The notes under the pieces: generated by a model | Seen by the model: the letters and a program-made list of their open reading frames with translations, nothing else | Databases searched by the model: none | Told to the model about the DNA's origin: nothing | Part shown: piece by piece, positions 8,401 through 13,995 of the stretch | Position numbering within the stretch: position 1 is the first letter of the stretch | Layout of the letters: the number at the start of each line of letters is the position of its first letter | Program-made: the position numbers and the translations under genes | Source of the DNA: Fonticula alba ATCC 38817 | Taxonomy: Eukaryota; Protista; Nucleariida | DNA: 13,995 nucleotides | Strand: one strand, 5' to 3' | Assembly (NCBI GenBank): GCA_000388065.2 | Contig: KB932203.1

Positions 8401-9625
8401 GGCCCGGTGGCCGGGGCCAGCATGGTCGAGCAGGCCTCCGCCATGGGCTTCTTGTGCGTATCCGCCCGGGCCCTTGGGCCGACAACGGCCACCATGGCAG
8501 AAGAGCCCGCGACCGGTGTCCTCACTAGGCCGTTACTGACTGTCGCTTTCACGCGTGCACACGCCCGTACATGTATTTTCCTTTGGTGCCTTTTTGGGTT
8601 TGCCTTTCCACGCGCGCGCGCCACAGTGACGCCTGGTCGCGGCACTGCACCGGGCAGTCGAGCGAGCGCTCGCGCACCGCCGTGGCTCCGGACTGCTGCC
8701 GCGGCCTGGGGCACCCGGCCGCCCGCACCGTGGTGGCCCACCGCGTCATGGCACTCTTCGACGGGGAAACCGCCGACCCGGACGACTACCCCCTGCCCGA
8801 GGTGGCGCCTGGCAGTCCGGCGCTCGGAGTGCCCAGTCCTCCGGAGGGCAGCCCGGCCCCCCGAGGGCCGGCGGCTGACTTGAAGATTGCCACGCCAGTC
8901 TTGCAGGACCCCGGCAGCGAGGGAGCCGCCAGTCCCGCTGTGTCGCCCTCCAGTCCCGCTGTGTCGCCCTCCAGTCCCGCTGTGTCGCCCTCCAGCCCGG
9001 ATGGCTCGGCCGCCAGCCCATTGGCGGCCCCGGCAACCAGATCTCCACCAGGCGAGGTGGCCACGCAGTCCATGGGGGCGAGCGCCTCCACGAACGGAAC
9101 AGCAACCCCCCCAGCCGGGACGGGGGGCGCCCCCCCAGACGGTCAACAACCGGGCTGCCAGTGCCGCAGCATTTCGGCGGAGCTGCTTCAAGAGGATCTC
9201 CGCACGCGGCCAGACCGCATGCTCATCCAGACGGTGCGACAAAAGCCGGCCGCGTCACCGCACCCCTCGGGCCATACTAACACACACACACACACGGGTG
9301 CATGCCGAACGCTCAGAGAGGTGACTTTTGGAGCGTGGCTTCCGCCTGTACAATGGGCCTGACGTACACCCAGGGCACGCCAATTGGCTCGCCAGAACGG
9401 CCGCTGCGCCAGTTGCCCGGCGTGTCCGGGCAGGGACCCCCGCGACCAGGCCCCGCGGCCCAGCGGGCGCTTCGCCTGGCTGCCCGCCGCCGCGGGCTCA
9501 AGGTCACGCTGGAGGCCCCACCCAGCGCGGTGGCCGCCGCGCGCGCTGCTCACGCCGCGCGCTCATCGCCTAATCACCAACTGGCACTCAGTGGAGAGGC
9601 CTCCTTCGGTTGCCAGGTCATGTAA
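3618..9625 (+). CDS. Large multidomain protein (~1542 aa): acidic disordered N-terminus, 2-3 RGS-homology domains, degenerate HAD (MDP-1-like) domain(s). Exons 3618-4698, 5063-5187, 5496-5744, 5984-7717, 7930-8453, 8627-9233, 9317-9625
   Basis: Exon lengths sum to 4629 nt (1543 codons) with no internal stop. Donors gtacgt/gtgcgg/gtacgt/gtgcgt/gtgcgt/gtgcga with CAG acceptors in matching phase; branch sites CACTAAC 7866, TACTGAC 8534, TACTAAC 9275. RGS-like motifs SLRALLGDPDALLALVDF, YLFWRCLEF, AREIIDAYLVPGGPEYVG, DLFRPVREYL. HAD-like motifs DALIFD, AAILSC, DCIYAG...ASAMGF. Confidence 0.8.
5245..5446 (+). repeat. (CTG)n trinucleotide microsatellite, about 64 units visible, interrupted by a 10-N gap; intronic
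   Basis: Perfect TGC repeats at 5245-5339 and 5350-5446, inside predicted intron 5188-5495. Confidence 0.97.
6515..7294 (+). other. RGS-homology domain (best-conserved copy) within exon 4 of the large gene
   Basis: ISLRALLGDPDALLALVDF (a1-a3), NAAYLFWRCLEFE (a4), AMAREIIDAYLVPGGPEYVGPLPETCLQHVSERL (a5-a6), DLFRPVREYL (a7) and LRKLLRAFLAD (a8-like) follow the PF00615 helix pattern, with insertions. Confidence 0.8.
7682..8650 (+). other. HAD-superfamily (MDP-1/class IIIC-like) domain, degenerate, spanning exons 4-6
   Basis: CDALIFDRGKW (motif I), LVTGLPEVILL...AAILSC (helix plus motif II), FDAHPGVLQGLASVQRQPGWRATDCIYAGPVAGASMVEQASAMGF (motif III/IV region and terminal helix-Gly). Confidence 0.6.
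8931..8998 (+). repeat. Coding 21-bp tandem repeat, 3 copies plus a partial (SPAVSPS)
   Basis: AGTCCCGCTGTGTCGCCCTCC x3, followed by AGCCC. Confidence 0.95.
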
Positions 9626-9874
9626 CAGCAAAAGGGCGGTGGCCGCCTACCAGGAAGACCACCAGCAGGGGGTGTCCCCCTTCTCCCCTGGCCCTCCCGG
9701 ACACACCCATACATACATGTCAGAAGATGCGCACGCGCCGCCTTCATGCCCAGCGTGCCTGAAGGATGGATGACGATGGAGGGGGTGAGGAAAACCCGGG
9801 CATGACATGGCAGAGAGGTGGGGGAGAGAAACAGAGACATAAAGGCGGGGGGGCGCGTGGGAAAGCCGGCAGAC

Positions 9875-9914
9875 AGAGAGGGGAAGAGAGGGAGAGAGAG
9901 AGAGAGAGAGAGAG
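9875..9914 (+). repeat. (GA)n-rich tract between convergent 3' ends
   Basis: Pure (GA)n at 9892-9914, preceded by degenerate GA-rich sequence. Confidence 0.85.
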
Positions 9915-9980
9915 GCAACCCCGGTGAAGACATGACTGTATTCTTCCTCAAGGACAGGCGGGGGGGGGGAGGCTAGGACA

Positions 9981-10528
9981 TTACAAGGAGCCGTCTAGCA
10001 GCGGGACTTTCGGGCTGGACGAGGAGAGGGACGACTGCACGGACGAGACAGATCCAGCCGGCGAGGCGGGCTCTGTAGTGGCTGCACTGGCCCCGGCAGC
10101 TGCGGCGGCCGCACCGGCCATGCTCACTGACGCCCGGAAGGCCTCATACTCGTCGGCGGCCTTCTCGTCCTCCTCGAATTGCGACTCATACCGTTGCAAC
10201 ACAGGATCCATGGTGGCCAGCTTGCGGGAGATATGACCTCCTTGCAGCCCGGGGGCCCCCTCGGCCGGGGGAGGGTGTCCATCGGGTCCAGGCCCTGCGG
10301 ACGTTGGCAGCCCGGCTTCCGGGAAGACCGGATGCACGGCCGTCGACGAGGTGGCGCCCCCGGCCAGTGCCGGGCCGGTGTCAATGTACATGCCACTGCG
10401 CTCAATGCGCTCGATGATGAGAACCAGCTGGCCGATGCGGGTGACAGAAATCTGCGCATGGACATGGGCGCGCCAGGGATCGATGGGAGGATGGGCGGGG
10501 GAGGAGCCAGCCAGACAGACAGACAGAA

Positions 10529-10619
<91 letters not shown>

Positions 10620-11635
10620 TGGACACAAGGGGGGAGAGTTAGCATGGGCGACAGGCCGCCTTGGAAAGCGCGTATGCGGAAACAGCACAGAAGACACACC
10701 CAGAGGAGAAGAATCGCCGGCACCAGGCACAAGAGGCCGGCATTGTGTAGCGACAGGCCAGCTGCGATGGGAGGTCAGGAAGGGCATCGGCCAAGCGAGG
10801 GGCTGTCGGTCGAGGGCAGACTATTTGAGGGTCGGGCAGGATTCGCACCAAGCAATGAGGCGATGATCATGGCCGTATCGCCGATCAGGAAAATGACATA
10901 CTGCGCGCGGTCGCGACACAGGAGCCAGAGGAGACGAGAAAATAGAGAGATGGTGAGAGGGAAAGAGAGGGGGAGGGGTGGAGAGGGGGAGGGGTGGAGA
11001 GACGCAAAAAGAGCAGAGAGAGAGAGGGGGGGGGGGAGGGAACACAGGGTATCAGAACGCTGGAGCGCGAGAAGCACGAGAAGACCCTGGAGTCGAACCC
11101 GGACACGGAGCCGGGTGGCAAGGAGAGGACGTACCACCAGTCGAAAGACCTTGTGAATGGTCAGGCGCTTCTGCAGGGCGACCACCTGCTCCTCGGCCGT
11201 CTGGGCACAGCAAGTACATAGGTGTACAGGCGCACACACGCACACACGCACACACGCACACATACATACATACACACATACATACATACACACATACATA
11301 CATACATACATACAGGATAAGGGAGGAGAGAGAGAGAAAGACAAAAAAGAGTAGGGTCAGTCACATAGGGACTACCTTGGCAAGCAGAGAGGAAAGCGCA
11401 AGCGCACCATGCAGCCCGGAGGGGGATAGAAGGAGAAAATCGACTCGGACGTCGGGCCGTAGGGCGGATGCCGGGCATCGGTGTTGAAGAAGTCATCACT
11501 CAGCAGCGGCATGCTGGCCTGGGCCACATCCGGATCCGAGGGAAAGTCATCAGGCCCGCCACGAGGAAAGAACACCGGGAGCTGGTCCCTCGGCTCTGGG
11601 TCGAAGGTGCCGAAGCTGGCGAAAGGATGCGCCAT
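9981..11635 (-). CDS. Hypothetical membrane protein, ~292 aa, two predicted TM helices. Exons (minus) 11635-11408, 11200-11135, 10900-10849, 10761-10700, 10451-9981
   Basis: Exons total 879 nt (293 codons); donors gtgcgc/gtacgt/gtgcga/gtgtgt, CAG acceptors, phases consistent. Spliced core TAEEQVVALQKRLTIHKVFRLVYVIFLIGDTAMIIASLLAGLSLHNAGLLCLVPAILLLWISVTRIGQLVLIIERIERS contains two hydrophobic segments. No family recognised. Confidence 0.75.
10512..10619 (+). repeat. (CAGA)n tetranucleotide microsatellite, ~27 units, in intron 4 of the minus-strand gene
   Basis: Near-perfect CAGA repeats with one variant unit; reads (TCTG)n on the sense strand. Confidence 0.97.
11232..11314 (+). repeat. Compound (CA)n/(CATA)n microsatellite in intron 1 of the minus-strand gene
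   Basis: gcacacac units grading into (CATA)n. Confidence 0.9.
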
Positions 11636-12737
11636 TGTGTCGGTCTCCTGACGGCGGGCGGGCGGGCGCGCAGGTCGGCGAAGGGGCGGGGAAGAAAAGG
11701 AAAGTCACGTCCGCCTGAAGGGCGGGTGTCGGCGAGTGCTTGCGCAGGGGGACGAGGCGGAGGGAGGGGGGGAGCGGCAGCGGCGCACGGGCGGATGGAG
11801 ATGATGAGTGTGGAGGCGGGCGGAGGGGAGGGGAGGAGGGAAGTGCAGAAGCCCTGGGGGGTGTGGGGTCGTCGGGCTGCTCCCTGAAAGCCTCAGCCGG
11901 GGGGGGGGGGGGTCCCGGTCGCCAGAGGCGCTGTCGACAGGCAGGCCGAGAGGGGCGCGAGGGTGAGACAGTGAAGTACACTGCACACAGGGAGGCCAGA
12001 AGCGGGCACAGGCCGCCGGAAAGAGGGACTCGGGAGGGAGGGGGTCGGGAAATCATTCGTTGGCGAGATCAGCCGTGGGAGGGCACGCAGGGGGGGGGGG
12101 GGGGGGACCCCGGGGAGGCCCCCCCCCCCCCCCCTTTTTCTCCCCCGGGCCCCCCCCCCCCCGGGAGCCCCCCGCGGGGGAGACGGCCACACATAGGGGA
12201 CTTCACGGGGGGACCCCCAAAACAAAGGCCCCACCAGCCCCCAGCCAACCGCCCTGGCCGCCTGGGACCCTGGAGGCGGGGTGCGGACACCCGCCAGCGG
12301 GCACCCCCCCCCCCCCCCCCCCCCAAGGGACCGGGCATGGCAACCCAGCCAACCATGGGTCAGGCCTTCGGGACCGGACGGGGCTGCCAGACCGCGAGGA
12401 GGGTGAAGAAAAAAAACAAGAACAACTATGAACCTTAAAAAGCCACAACAAGAAATACTGAATATTCGCGCGGCCAGAGCCGTCCCGCCGGGCCTAGGGA
12501 GGCGGCACATGGGTTACACCGGCCCCCGCACACACCTCTGCGCCGGTCTACGACGCCAAGCGAGGCCGGGACATGGGGATCCCGGACCCGCACCCACCCA
12601 CCCACCCACACCCGCACGCATATATACACGCACACTCGCACGCAGGCACACAGATACACACGCCTGGAGGTGTCGGCGCATCGCGTAGTCCCCATGTTGT
12701 CTCCGCTTTGGGGGACTGGAGCGGGACGACAGTTGGT

Positions 12738-13103
12738 NNNNNNNNNNNNNNNNNNNNNNNNNNNNNNNNNNNNNNNNNNNNNNNNNNNNNNNNNNNNNNN
12801 NNNNNNNNNNNNNNNNNNNNNNNNNNNNNNNNNNNNNNNNNNNNNNNNNNNNNNNNNNNNNNNNNNNNNNNNNNNNNNNNNNNNNNNNNNNNNNNNNNNN
12901 NNNNNNNNNNNNNNNNNNNNNNNNNNNNNNNNNNNNNNNNNNNNNNNNNNNNNNNNNNNNNNNNNNNNNNNNNNNNNNNNNNNNNNNNNNNNNNNNNNNN
13001 NNNNNNNNNNNNNNNNNNNNNNNNNNNNNNNNNNNNNNNNNNNNNNNNNNNNNNNNNNNNNNNNNNNNNNNNNNNNNNNNNNNNNNNNNNNNNNNNNNNN
13101 NNN
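12738..13103. other. Assembly gap (366 N)
   Basis: Run of N. Confidence 0.99.
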
Positions 13104-13158
13104 CCCGCCCCGCCCGGGAGAGAGATGGCACACATTCGGCAGCTGGTGACCACGAACG

Positions 13159-13188
<30 letters not shown>
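13159..13188 (+). repeat. (GGC)10 trinucleotide repeat
   Basis: Ten perfect GGC units. Confidence 0.9.
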
Positions 13189-13190
<2 letters not shown>

Positions 13191-13995
13191 AGGCGACCGG
13201 GCAGCAGCCTCGGCCTGCGCGGGCCGGCGGCGGACACGATCGGGGCCCGGCCGCCGCCCCGCCCCGCCCCGCCCCGCCCCGCCCCCAACACAACACAACA
13301 ACAACAACAGACCCCACCGCAGGAAGAAGGCGCACGGGCGCACGGACCCTCGCGCGGGGCGTGAAGCCTGGGGCGGGTGCGAGCGCGCGCGGCCGGCGCG
13401 CGTTGTTTTTTCTCCGGCCGTGAGGATCGTCGCGTGACCATATTGGCATTGGGCGCTCATGTGTTCCCAGCATGCCAATTCCTAAACTCACATTGATCTG
13501 TGGCCGGTTCTGCAGGCCTCTCCTTGGCAAGGCTCCAAGGGTGCCCTCTGCGCGCGTGCACACTCGCGGCCCAGCCTCCTTGTCGGCGCCCTGCCTCGTC
13601 CGGCGGTGGTGCGCCGCCCCTTGACACCCTGCCCGCGTCATGGTCCCACAGCGTCATCGTCTCACAGGAAGCGGGTATATTGCCTTGCACACGGTACCGC
13701 GAGGGGGGGGGGGGGGGGATCCACCCTACATGCGTTCCAGCTTTGATGGGTCTAAATACAGGGTGGCTGTGCGCGCCAGGCCAAGATTCGGAGAGGCTCC
13801 CCTGACAAGGCCAGCACACGCCGGCGGCCTCTTCCGCCGCCGCGGCCATTTAGCGTCGCTTTAGAGCAGCCAGCACCTCGCGCGGGCTGAGGATCTTGGT
13901 GCCCTGGCTGGCGCCCACGCGGTCCTTGTGAGCACGCTTGCGCTCGCGCCTGTGACATGGCGAGCCAGGGAAGGCGGGCCGCAGGGGGGGGGGGG

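Noticed and set aside
7801-8883. Stand-alone 360 aa gene starting at GTG 7801 or ATG 7966
   Set aside because: Its 5' part contains a branch site and acceptor, and its 3' part runs through an intron. It is better explained as exon 5 of the RGS gene, which supplies HAD motif I.
10633-10647. U6-like GAGAGTTAGCATGG
   Set aside because: It is the reverse complement of an intron branch site (GCTAAC); no other U6 sequence is present.
13104-13995. Short ORFs after the large gap (MAHIRQLV..., MAAAAEEAAG...) and paired CCAAT motifs near 13442-13451
   Set aside because: No consistent exon chain or domain; could be promoter or UTR of a gene in the gap or outside the window, but this cannot be supported.
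1-13995. CRISPR array, prophage, transposase or rRNA
   Set aside because: All repeats are simple microsatellites without spacers; no such genes or motifs seen.

Overview
GC-rich, intron-rich eukaryotic genomic DNA with three assembly gaps. Donors are mostly GTRCG and branch sites are fungal-like CTRAC/TACTAAC, which suggests a holomycotan opisthokont such as a Fonticula-like protist (inference). Three spliced genes can be rebuilt by hand with frame-consistent GT-AG introns. (1) A + strand SLC25 mitochondrial carrier of the UCP/dicarboxylate/oxoglutarate group (797..2696; first exon missing, probably in the 623-707 gap). (2) One 7-exon + strand gene (3618..9625, ~1542 aa) that the ORF track breaks into several ORFs. 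It joins an acidic disordered N-terminus, two or three insertion-bearing RGS-homology domains and a C-terminal, catalytically degenerate HAD/MDP-1-like domain, with a possible second partial copy. (3) A 5-exon - strand gene for a ~292 aa orphan two-TM protein (11635..9981). The RGS-HAD fusion is the most interesting element. Several introns also show unusually distant branch-site candidates, with AG-free microsatellites filling the gap to the acceptor. All domain assignments come from remembered motif patterns; no searches were run.
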